A stretch of DNA of 57,720 nt from positions 1-57,720 of the forward strand of contig JAHDFR010000001.1 in NCBI GenBank assembly GCA_020628065.1, written 5' to 3'. Position numbers and translations under genes: made by a program. Below are positions 25,307-33,125 of this stretch, piece by piece. Position 1 is the stretch's first letter. Every line of letters starts with the position of its first letter. Under the pieces are notes generated by a model. That model ran no database searches. It saw only the letters and a program-made list of their open reading frames with translations, and had not been told where the DNA came from. This stretch comes from Acidimicrobiales bacterium (GTDB lineage Bacteria > Actinomycetota > Acidimicrobiia > Acidimicrobiales > SZUA-35).

Positions 25307-27052
25307 CACTTCTTCACACGAAACCACGCCGGTCAAGCCATCGACGTTGATCATCATCCCGGTGGTGATTCGATGGCTGGCACCGGCGGCACCGACCACC
25401 ATTGGGGTACCCAATTCCCGGGCCACAACAACGGCGTGGGTAAACGGGCCTCCGATGTCGGTAATCACCGCCCCGGCAGCTACGAACAGGGCTGTGGCCA
25501 CCAGTGAAGGTTGGTCCAATACGATGATCTCTCCCGGGCGAACCTCAGCCAGGTCGGCGTCGGTCTCAATGACACGGGCTTTACCCGATGCCATCCCCGG
25601 GCTACCGGGTGAACCCAAGATGATGTCACCGGGTTCAAGATCTGCGCTCATCGGGGTGCCGTACCCCTGCCGCAGGCCGATAGCGGCCCGATTGTCGTTT
25701 CCGGTGTCGTCAATCACGTTCGGGAGTTCCCGAGATCGGACGACATCGTATTCAGCCTGGCGGAGCGCGGTGAGATGCCTGGTGTCGGCCAGGCCACCGT
25801 CGGCGTAGTATTCGGCCTCTTCAGCTGTCAACATCCAGATCTCGTCGGCCGAGCCAAAATCACCTCGTCGCTCGCCACGAACACCGAGTTCACCAATAAG
25901 GCGGCGCATACGATGAACGACCCTCATCAGGTGGTCTCTGCAGGTTTCCCGCCCCCGCAGGAAGACCGCCGAGGAGGCGACAGCCGAACGGAAGACAGGC
26001 CGACGCTCCTCCGGCAGAGCCTCGGCGATCTCGGCCACCAAACGCTGACGATCGGCCTCGAGGTGACGCCGACGAAGTTGCGGTGCCAGCGAGTCGTCGC
26101 AGTGGTACATGCATCGGATCAGCGCCAAGACGATGTCATGGGCCTCGTCCCAGGTTGGCGAGGCAAGATCCCATTCGTTGGGACCACGATGTCCGACCTC
26201 GGCCACCAAGGCATTGACACCGGCTATTAGCGCCTTGGCCTCGGTCTGGTTTGAAAGCCTCAGGGTCTTGTCCAAGCGGTCCAGCCCCTGGTCGAACAAT
26301 GACCGAAGGCCTGGTGAGGATCGAACCAGGCGAGACAGTTCCCAGAGCGCCAGGGTGGGCGACACGGGTTCCACTCGACCGATTCCGCTGAGCAATCGCA
26401 AGGCGTGGGCCGGTTGGCCTACCGAATTGCAGAACTCGTTGATGAGCGTTGGTCCTACCGTTGTGGCCAGGAGCTGGTTCAGCTGCTGATCGAACAGCGA
26501 CCGGGCCAACGGCTGGAGGGCGATGGCGGCGTTCATCAACTCTGTGTCCGACATCGATGCCAAATCGAGCGGCACATCAAGTGTCTCGTCCACGGTCTCG
26601 CCAAGGTTTTCGAGTTCGACCTGGTTTCGGCTTTCCAGAACCCAGCGGTACCACTGATCCAGCATGGCGGCGGTCACCGGGTCGGGGTCATGCCATTCCT
26701 CGTGACGATGAACCGGCACCGGTCCAAGTTCGCCGCCGAGCAGACGATCAATATGCCCTTCGTGCAGCTGTGGCGAGCGGTGGGCCAGTACCTTCAGAGT
26801 CGACGCGTTGACGTAGGCGTGACCGCCCCGGCCTCTGATGGTCTCAGGGGCATCAACGCTGATTTCGGTCTCGTCGAATCCGAAACGGTGGATCAGTGCA
26901 TCGCGCCATCCCAGAGTGGCGCACGGCTCCCACAACACTGTCCACCCCAGGGGACTGGCGACTTCGGGCAACATCTCCCCGACGACGAATCGACTCCAAA
27001 TGGGAAGGTGGGCAGTTCCGGGTTGTTCGCTTAGCCAGCTCGGCTCAGGCAT
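25265..27052 (-). CDS. PEP-utilizing enzyme mobile (swivel phosphohistidine) domain protein, PEP-synthase / rifampicin-phosphotransferase-like, lacking an ATP-grasp domain
   Basis: The C-terminus VITDIGGPFTHAVVVARELGTPMVVGA is the swivel His motif. The upstream ~450 aa resemble the helical central region of this superfamily. The ORF is open to 27181; ATG 27052 (MPEPSWL) is chosen as the likelier start, but this is uncertain. The 3' end overlaps the convergent phosphoesterase gene by 42 nt. Confidence 0.75.
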   Translation of the reverse strand: MPEPSWLSEQPGTAHLPIWSRFVVGEMLPEVASPLGWTVLWEPCATLGWRDALIHRFGFDETEISVDAPETIRGRGGHAYVNASTLKVLAHRSPQLHEGHIDRLLGGELGPVPVHRHEEWHDPDPVTAAMLDQWYRWVLESRNQVELENLGETVDETLDVPLDLASMSDTELMNAAIALQPLARSLFDQQLNQLLATTVGPTLINEFCNSVGQPAHALRLLSGIGRVEPVSPTLALWELSRLVRSSPGLRSLFDQGLDRLDKTLRLSNQTEAKALIAGVNALVAEVGHRGPNEWDLASPTWDEAHDIVLALIRCMYHCDDSLAPQLRRRHLEADRQRLVAEIAEALPEERRPVFRSAVASSAVFLRGRETCRDHLMRVVHRMRRLIGELGVRGERRGDFGSADEIWMLTAEEAEYYADGGLADTRHLTALRQAEYDVVRSRELPNVIDDTGNDNRAAIGLRQGYGTPMSADLEPGDIILGSPGSPGMASGKARVIETDADLAEVRPGEIIVLDQPSLVATALFVAAGAVITDIGGPFTHAVVVARELGTPMVVGAAGASHRITTGMMINVDGLTGVVSCEEVLADEVRVPSPNVA

Positions 27053-27228
27053 CGTGCATCGGTCCGAAAAACAAGAGAGGGCGCAAGCAGCCCGACCGAC
27101 CTGAATGGCAGGCCAAATAAGCTGCTGCGCCCCCAAGAGTAGCGCACATTGGCCATCGGCGTACAGCCCCGAACGGGCCATCTGCAGCGGTCAATTGTGC
27201 ACCGGTGGTGCGAAGGTTATGAGTGGCC

Positions 27229-27555
27229 CTAGAGGCTCTTCACCAGCTCGTGATAACTGGCGGCCTTCTCCGCTCGGAGGGTCGAGCGCCGCTTCCAACC
27301 CTTGGTCTTCCAGACCTTGAACCGTTTTCGTTTGACCATTGGCAGCGGTCTCTCGGTCGGGTTGGTCTTTTGCGATGTATGAACCGGTCTCGGTAGTGCG
27401 AGATCCTCCGGCTCCTCCATCAAGCGCAGCTCCGTGTGGGCGGCTCGGCGCACCTTGCGGTGCTCCTCCCGGCGCTGCTGACGGCTCGGTCTATTGACGG
27501 CCGCCGCTCCTGGTTTCCGAAGACGATTGGAGCGTGTACGAGAAGACATTGACAT
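27229..27555 (-). CDS. Small, extremely Arg/Lys-rich protein of unknown function
   Basis: 108-aa ORF with GC-rich third positions, containing RTRSNRLRKPG ... RQQRREEHRKVRR ... KRKRFKVWKTKGWKRR. Its stop is 47 nt upstream of the longest form of the PEP-utilizing ORF. Confidence 0.45.
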   Translation of the reverse strand: MSMSSRTRSNRLRKPGAAAVNRPSRQQRREEHRKVRRAAHTELRLMEEPEDLALPRPVHTSQKTNPTERPLPMVKRKRFKVWKTKGWKRRSTLRAEKAASYHELVKSL

Positions 27556-27687
27556 CCTTTCTGCTCACATCCGTGTGAGCAATGGGTTCTCAGCGTCTGG
27601 CTGTACTAGATCATTGTTACTCATTTTCCGGCGACGCGCCAGAGCAGCTTGGCCCATTTACGCCGCATCATCAGCACCATGGTTCGA

Positions 27688-27770
27688 CAGTGAATCTGCC
27701 AGTGGATCTGCCAGTGGATCTGCCAGTGCATCTGCCAGTGAATCTGCCAGTGAATCTGCCAGTGAATCTG
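27688..27770. repeat. 12-bp tandem repeat, ~6.9 copies (TGNATCTGCCAG)
   Basis: Six full units at 27691-27762 plus partial units on both sides. The only variable position is base 3 of the unit (a,g,g,c,a,a,a). It lies in the divergent region between the basic-protein ORF and the M50B-like peptidase gene. The array is open in three of the six frames in the ORF track (+2, +3 and one minus frame); the other three were not examined. Confidence 0.95.
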
Positions 27771-27873
27771 ATCGGAGCGAATCGACGGGCCCACACACCC
27801 AACTGCTCGGTTTGTTGAAGCCGCTTGCTCAGTTTGTTGAGGTGCGACCAACGGCAGAACCGGCTCCCGTAGA

Positions 27874-28701
27874 GTGTTGGTTGTGCTGGTCATGTCGGCG
27901 ACAATTTCAAGCATCAAGACCGTAGTACTCCCCTGGGCCTACGCAACCGTCTTACGCCCGACACCGGCCCAGAGCGGTGTCTCGGTTCCTGAGCTCACCG
28001 ACCTTCAAGCCTCCCGGCTGGTCACCCTGTTTTGGTTGGCCGTCGGGGCGAGCATCGTTCTGCCACGTCTGCCGTTCGGCCGTACGGTTCTCTACCCGTT
28101 CGCCTTGCTGAGCACCTGGGTACACGAAATGGGCCACGGCCTGGCCGCCATTGCCGTCGGGGGAAGATTCAGGCAGCTGGAGATCTATCCCAACCTTGGA
28201 GGTCAAGCAGTCTCATCCGGCGTCTACGGAGTGGGCCGGGCTATCGTCTCGGCCGGCGGTCTGCTGGGCCCGGCCTTGGCCGGCGGCGCCATCATCGTGT
28301 CAGGATCTCGGGAGCAGACCGCCCCGTGGGTCCTCGCCGTGGTGGCGGCATCGGTTTTCTTCTCTCTGGTGGCGTTCGTGCGAAACCTCTACGGGTGGTT
28401 GGCCTTGGGCGGGGTTGCCGCCGTTCTTGTTCCGGTTGCCCTCTACGCCCCCATCGAAGCCCGCATCTTCCTCGCCCAGCTGATTGGTATTCAGTTCTGT
28501 CTGGCTTGCTGGGGAAGCCTGGACTACATGTTCACCAAGAACTTCTACCGTGACGGACGGATACTGAACTCCGACACCGAAGAAATCGCCCGAGTGCTGA
28601 TTCTCCCCTACTGGTTCTGGGGTGGGCTCATCGCGTTGATCTCCCTCGGTGTGGTTGTCGGATCGTTCTATTTGGCCTGGGTGCTTCCCACTGCCACCTA
28701 G
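27874..28701 (+). CDS. M50B-like integral-membrane metallopeptidase
   Basis: HEMGHGLAA (HExxH) lies in a TM-rich 275-aa protein. The start is uncertain (GTG 27874, GTG 27883 or ATG 27892). Confidence 0.75.
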   Translation: MLVVLVMSATISSIKTVVLPWAYATVLRPTPAQSGVSVPELTDLQASRLVTLFWLAVGASIVLPRLPFGRTVLYPFALLSTWVHEMGHGLAAIAVGGRFRQLEIYPNLGGQAVSSGVYGVGRAIVSAGGLLGPALAGGAIIVSGSREQTAPWVLAVVAASVFFSLVAFVRNLYGWLALGGVAAVLVPVALYAPIEARIFLAQLIGIQFCLACWGSLDYMFTKNFYRDGRILNSDTEEIARVLILPYWFWGGLIALISLGVVVGSFYLAWVLPTAT

Positions 28702-28746
28702 CAGCCTGAGGCGGCCAAACGACACGGTTCTGCCGGGACACCGGTG

Positions 28747-29775
28747 TTAGACCGTCGACGGCTCCTCACGACGGCCATCGGGATGAACGGCAAATCGCCC
28801 GGCCGACCGAGGGTGAACAGGATCGTCACTGATCCAGGGCCATCCTCCGAACCGAGTGGACTGGTAGTCAAGTACGGCCTTCTCCAGACCGGCGCGGTCG
28901 TTCATGACAAAAGGACCGTACTGAGCCACCGGCTCACCGATGGGCTTCCCTTGCAGGAGCATCATCGACACACCTGTCTCGCCCGCCTCCATAGCCAACC
29001 GGCCAGGCGGAATCTCCACTCCGTGAGCTGAGCTCACCGTGTGTTCGGACCCGGAATCGACATCGACCAAACTGACGGTGGAGCCGCTGTAGACGTACAG
29101 CGTTCGTTCGACAGCGGCGTCGCTTGCTGCAGGTATCGCCCACCGGGCTGCGGGCTCCATGTCAATGTGCCAAATGGCGACGCAAGCCGACTCGTTGGCC
29201 GCCCACGAGTCGGGAGGGGGCGAAGCGACATCGGATTCGTTGTATGCACCGGCAATGGTGGTGATGGCGGTTTCGTTCCCGGCCTCATCGGTCACGGTGT
29301 GAACCGGGGTGGACTCCGACCACATCATGGTGAAGTAGGGCGGCACCATTTTGTTGGCCGCCGGCAGATTCAGCCAGATCTGGAAGAGTTCGAGTGGGTT
29401 ATCGACATCTTGGTGCAGCAGCGGGAACATCTCACTGTGCACAATGCCGGCACCGGCGGTCATCCACTGGGTGTCCCCGGGCCCAAATCTTGCCGTTGCC
29501 CCCAGCGAGTCGGAGTGGTCAATGGCGCCCTCGCGCAGATGTGTAACCGTCTCGAATCCACGGTGCGGGTGTTGAGGGAATCCCGGAACGCCGGATCCGT
29601 GGTACATGTTCCAGCCGTCGATCCCGGCGAAGTCGTTGCCGATTGATCGACCCTCCAGCGACGCCACCGGCGCCATCTGATCATCTCCGCGGGGATACGC
29701 ATCCCGATGGTGAGCGACAAAGAGGAATGGATCTTTGGTCGGCCACTGATCACCAATGGCAAAGGGTTTCCACAT
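28747..29775 (-). CDS. Pirin family protein (bicupin)
   Basis: HPHRGFETVTHLREGAIDHSDSLG, the metal-binding His cluster of pirins. 342 aa. Confidence 0.9.
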   Translation of the reverse strand: MWKPFAIGDQWPTKDPFLFVAHHRDAYPRGDDQMAPVASLEGRSIGNDFAGIDGWNMYHGSGVPGFPQHPHRGFETVTHLREGAIDHSDSLGATARFGPGDTQWMTAGAGIVHSEMFPLLHQDVDNPLELFQIWLNLPAANKMVPPYFTMMWSESTPVHTVTDEAGNETAITTIAGAYNESDVASPPPDSWAANESACVAIWHIDMEPAARWAIPAASDAAVERTLYVYSGSTVSLVDVDSGSEHTVSSAHGVEIPPGRLAMEAGETGVSMMLLQGKPIGEPVAQYGPFVMNDRAGLEKAVLDYQSTRFGGWPWISDDPVHPRSAGRFAVHPDGRREEPSTV

Positions 29776-29844
29776 ACCTCAAGGATACGACCGCCATCCG
29801 GGCCGCTGTCGGTGCATCCCGAACGCCCCTATCTTCTTGTGACG

Positions 29845-30420
29845 CTAGGTACCAGCCCGTCGCTGAGAGGAGACGGCCAGGCCTGCCGCCAGCAACATGA
29901 TGCTCATACTGAGAAACGTCCATGACACCCAAACCGAGAACTGGGCGGCGCCGACGAAGGCGGCGAGAATCGCCAGCGACAGAGCTACGCTGAGCCCCAT
30001 TGCGCTGTCCTCGAAGCGTGCCATCATCACGGCGAAGAGGGCCACACTAATCAGCAGCCCGGACAAAACCCAGTCAGCGGGCTGACCGGACACCAAGAGC
30101 GCCGCCCCAACCACGGCACCGAGGAGAAGCCCAGGGTAGAGACTGCCGTCGGCGTCACTGTCACCGGCCGGTGACACCGCCTGTCTTGCCACGCGGACCA
30201 GAGAGGCAACGCTGAGAACCGCTCCGGTAGCCAAAGTAAAGACCAAGCCTGCGGCATCACCCATGAAATACCGGAGCGCAATGAACAGTCCGAACAATCC
30301 GAACAACACAAGACCGGCGCTCTGGTAGCGAGCGCGTAGCGGCGACAGACGATCCACCATCGAGGACGGCGAACCGGGCATGGACAAACTGGACGTGGAG
30401 TTGGTTTCAGGTTGAGCCAT
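29845..30420 (-). CDS. Hypothetical membrane protein (about 5 TM helices)
   Basis: 191 aa, hydrophobic throughout after a Ser/Pro-rich N-terminus. I recognise no family. Confidence 0.55.
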   Translation of the reverse strand: MAQPETNSTSSLSMPGSPSSMVDRLSPLRARYQSAGLVLFGLFGLFIALRYFMGDAAGLVFTLATGAVLSVASLVRVARQAVSPAGDSDADGSLYPGLLLGAVVGAALLVSGQPADWVLSGLLISVALFAVMMARFEDSAMGLSVALSLAILAAFVGAAQFSVWVSWTFLSMSIMLLAAGLAVSSQRRAGT

Positions 30421-30591
30421 CGCAGTGTGTGACCGCCGCTGAGCACACGACGCAGACCAAAAATCGGTGTCTGCGAGGCGGCGGTGAAACGACCATACAC
30501 CGCCTACATCCGGTGCTGGCGGACCTTCACTCTCGCCGACTGACCCAAGGAGAAATCAGTCGCCGACCACCGTCGGCATGCTCCACTACAT

Positions 30592-30667
30592 CGTCAGTCA
30601 ACCACGTCGGTCAACCACATCAGATGGACAACGTCAGTCGATCAATTGCGATCAGCGTCAGTCAATT
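30592..30667. repeat. Four dispersed copies of CGTC(A/G)GTC(A/G) within 76 bp
   Basis: Copies start at 30592, 30605, 30632 and 30656. The first two belong to an imperfect 13-nt tandem (cgtcagtcaaccac / gtcggtcaaccac). The last copy overlaps the Nudix stop codon. Confidence 0.8.
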
Positions 30668-31215
30668 AGTGCAAGAACAGCGGCCAATGCCAGCTCAACG
30701 GAGTCCGGGCAAACCGGACGCTCGGCGCACCAGTCGGCCAGATCGCCAATGGCCACCTCGTCGACCGCCACCACCTCACCGTCGTCGCAGCGAAGATCAG
30801 CCTCGCTCCGAGCCAGGTAGATCCGACCGAACAGATGGTTGCCGTCATCGGTGTACTCGCTCTCAGCCAACAGGACGAGGTTCTCGTCGACACCGGCTTC
30901 CTCGACAAGTTCGCGCCTGGCCGACTCATCCCACTGTTCCCCGGCGGCACAAACGCCGCCGAAGGCAAGGTCCCAGTAGGACGGATACACATCCTTCCAG
31001 TCAGCCCGCTGATGAACGACCACTCTGTCCGACCGGTTAACAGAGAGCTCCCCTGCCTTTGCTCCTTCAGGTAAGGACGGTCCACGAACCAAGACCACAT
31101 AAGTGGCGCGATGCGGAAGACCTTCCGCCCGCATTTGGCCCCTTGTGGCTGTTCCGACGATGTTTCCCGCTTCGTCGCAAATATCCACCAGCTCATCGCT
31201 GCCGGCACCAGTCAT
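30658..31215 (-). CDS. NUDIX hydrolase
   Basis: Nudix box GGVCAAGEQWDESARRELVEEAGV. The ATG overlaps the stop of the upstream reductase gene (ATGA at 31212-31215). Confidence 0.88.
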   Translation of the reverse strand: MTGAGSDELVDICDEAGNIVGTATRGQMRAEGLPHRATYVVLVRGPSLPEGAKAGELSVNRSDRVVVHQRADWKDVYPSYWDLAFGGVCAAGEQWDESARRELVEEAGVDENLVLLAESEYTDDGNHLFGRIYLARSEADLRCDDGEVVAVDEVAIGDLADWCAERPVCPDSVELALAAVLALID

Positions 31216-32528
31216 GATGGCGCCGGGGTCAGTCGCTCCAAAGCCTCGGCCCTGTCTGCTTGCGAAGCGATGAGTTGGCGACCCACGATCGCCTGACGCG
31301 GCCGATTCCAGGCCAGAACACCGCAGAGCGTCGACCCGTCAAAATACGTCCGGACGAAACGATCCTCCGATGGCGAGCCAACCGTGTCATGCCAATCATC
31401 GGAAATCACACCCGCCAGCTGGATCTTGCGATCAAACTGATCGCTCCAGAACCAGGGAACCGGGCGGTAAGGCTCGTCGGGATGGTGTCCTTCCAACGCC
31501 GCCATCAGGCTGCGGCCCGCATACTGGCCCATTTCAACCGCATTGTCCCACTGCTCAACCCGCATGAGCCGACCGCCGAATGCCTCATTAGGCCAGCGGG
31601 CCACGTCGCCTGCGGCCACTATGCGGTCACCGGCCCGACAGAATCGGTCGACCACCAGACCCGACATCGGTCCATCGCCCAGGTCGAGTCCTGAATCTTC
31701 GAGCCAAGCGGTTTCGGGAACGACGCCAATCCCCACGACAACCACACCAGCCGGCAGTTCCCGACCGGACGAAAGTCGAACAGAAGACACCCGGTCGGCC
31801 GTGATGTCGATCGACTCGATCGACTCCCCCATGACCAGGTTGACATCGTGGGCTTGCATGTACGACGCCAGAGCGGCTCCGATCGACTCATCCAACACCC
31901 TACTGAGAGGAGCGGGGGCCAGATCGACCACGGTGACGTCAAGTCCCATTTGACGGGCGCTGGACGCAACTTCAGCCCCGATGAAGCCTGCCCCGCAGAC
32001 AACAACCGGATCCTGTCGTTGGGCGGCCCCGACAAGCAAACCTCGCAGATGCCTTGCATCGTCGAGAGTTCGCAGCGCCACCACGCCGCGGCTTGACCAA
32101 AACGCTGCGTCTCGGTCTCTGGCGGAATCAACGGTCGACCCGGGCGCCTGGTCGACGGCATCAGCGGTGGTGACCCCGACCGAAGCCGGCAACAAGCGGG
32201 CGGATGCGCCGGTGGCCACAACCAAACCGTCGAAGCCGAGTGATGATCCGTCACTCAACATCACGGAACGGCCGGACACGTCGAGCGAAGCGGCGACGGC
32301 GTCGATCACCCAGGTGGCTTCGAGGCGATCCTCGGCGGCAACCGGCAGAGGTAGACGGGTCTCATCGCCGCCCCCCGTCAAAAACTCCTTCGACAGCGGT
32401 GGACGATCGTAGGGCTTGTGCGGCTCCCGACCAACGACCAACAGATCGCCGTCGAAGCCGGCTTTGCGTATGGCGGCGGCTGAATGGGCTCCGGCAAGCG
32501 ATGCCCCGACAACAACGATTCTGGTCAC
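31212..32528 (-). CDS. FAD-dependent ferredoxin--NAD(P)+ reductase (pyridine nucleotide-disulfide oxidoreductase family)
   Basis: IVVVGASLAGAHSAA (FAD fold), YDRPPLSKEFL and VVCGAGFIGAEVA (NAD fold). 438 aa. Confidence 0.88.
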   Translation of the reverse strand: MTRIVVVGASLAGAHSAAAIRKAGFDGDLLVVGREPHKPYDRPPLSKEFLTGGGDETRLPLPVAAEDRLEATWVIDAVAASLDVSGRSVMLSDGSSLGFDGLVVATGASARLLPASVGVTTADAVDQAPGSTVDSARDRDAAFWSSRGVVALRTLDDARHLRGLLVGAAQRQDPVVVCGAGFIGAEVASSARQMGLDVTVVDLAPAPLSRVLDESIGAALASYMQAHDVNLVMGESIESIDITADRVSSVRLSSGRELPAGVVVVGIGVVPETAWLEDSGLDLGDGPMSGLVVDRFCRAGDRIVAAGDVARWPNEAFGGRLMRVEQWDNAVEMGQYAGRSLMAALEGHHPDEPYRPVPWFWSDQFDRKIQLAGVISDDWHDTVGSPSEDRFVRTYFDGSTLCGVLAWNRPRQAIVGRQLIASQADRAEALERLTPAPS

Positions 32529-32579
32529 GGGAGACGGCGAGCGGGACAGACAAGCGGTCCCGTCGAAGCTACTCGGCTT

Positions 32580-32774
32580 CTAGGCCTCTTCGAGCGTGAT
32601 GGCCTGCTTGGGACAACGCTCGGCCGCTTCACGAACCTTCTCGTGCAGTTCGGGATCCGGATTCTCGCTGAGAACGTAGAGAAAGTCGTCATCCCGAACC
32701 TCAAAGACCTCTGGGGCAATGGCCATGCACACCGCATTGCTCTCACACAGATCAAAGTCAACAACTACCTTCAT
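32580..32774 (-). CDS. Small ferredoxin (single-cluster, probably [3Fe-4S])
   Basis: MKVVVDFDLCESNAVCMAIAPEVF ... AAERCPKQAI gives a Cx5C ... CP pattern. The Met at 32774 is chosen over the longer ORF-track start (32837). Confidence 0.85.
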   Translation of the reverse strand: MKVVVDFDLCESNAVCMAIAPEVFEVRDDDFLYVLSENPDPELHEKVREAAERCPKQAITLEEA

Positions 32775-33125
32775 GGCTGCTCCTATCTCAAAGGCGTCAC
32801 ACACGCTGTCACACCGACGCCAGGCCTCCCGCAGCACGGTTCGGCCTTACCCGACCGAATGCCGGTCGGAGCGGACGTACCGACTCTACTCGACCTGGAC
32901 CATGGCCGGTACAACTGCCCCGGTAACTAGCCCTGTATCTAAACCTGTTCTAACCCTGTAACTCCCCCTGCGGATCACTGTGCAGCTCCCCCTGCAATTG
33001 GCCGTCTTCACGAGCGAACCTGACGTGTGGCGAAAGTTTTGTGTTTTGTTCGCACAACGTCGTGGTCCGGCCGGTTGCACTACAGCAGAATTGTTAGAAG
33101 GTCACCAGCAGAAGGCCAAGATGTC

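Noticed and set aside
27688-27770. CRISPR array
   Set aside because: The units are directly adjacent 12-mers with no spacers, and no cas genes are in the window.
27494-27925. ORFs spanning the 12-bp tandem repeat (27494-27925 +, 27582-27818 +, 27621-27917 -)
   Set aside because: They are open only because a 12-nt period preserves frame. The three overlap one another, and the first also overlaps the starts of both flanking genes. They lack ribosome-binding sites and any recognisable family. The LPVx-repeat peptide is kept only as a hypothesis in the findings.
32838-33125. Moco riboswitch upstream of the Mo oxidoreductase (also considered for the short moeA leader at 44734-44797)
   Set aside because: I did not find the conserved CUCCGAGCC / AAAGGAG-type elements. 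The moeA leader is only 64 nt and is mostly occupied by the 13-bp hairpin. The only feature noted here is a 10-bp direct repeat (CTCCCCCTGC at 32962 and 32986).
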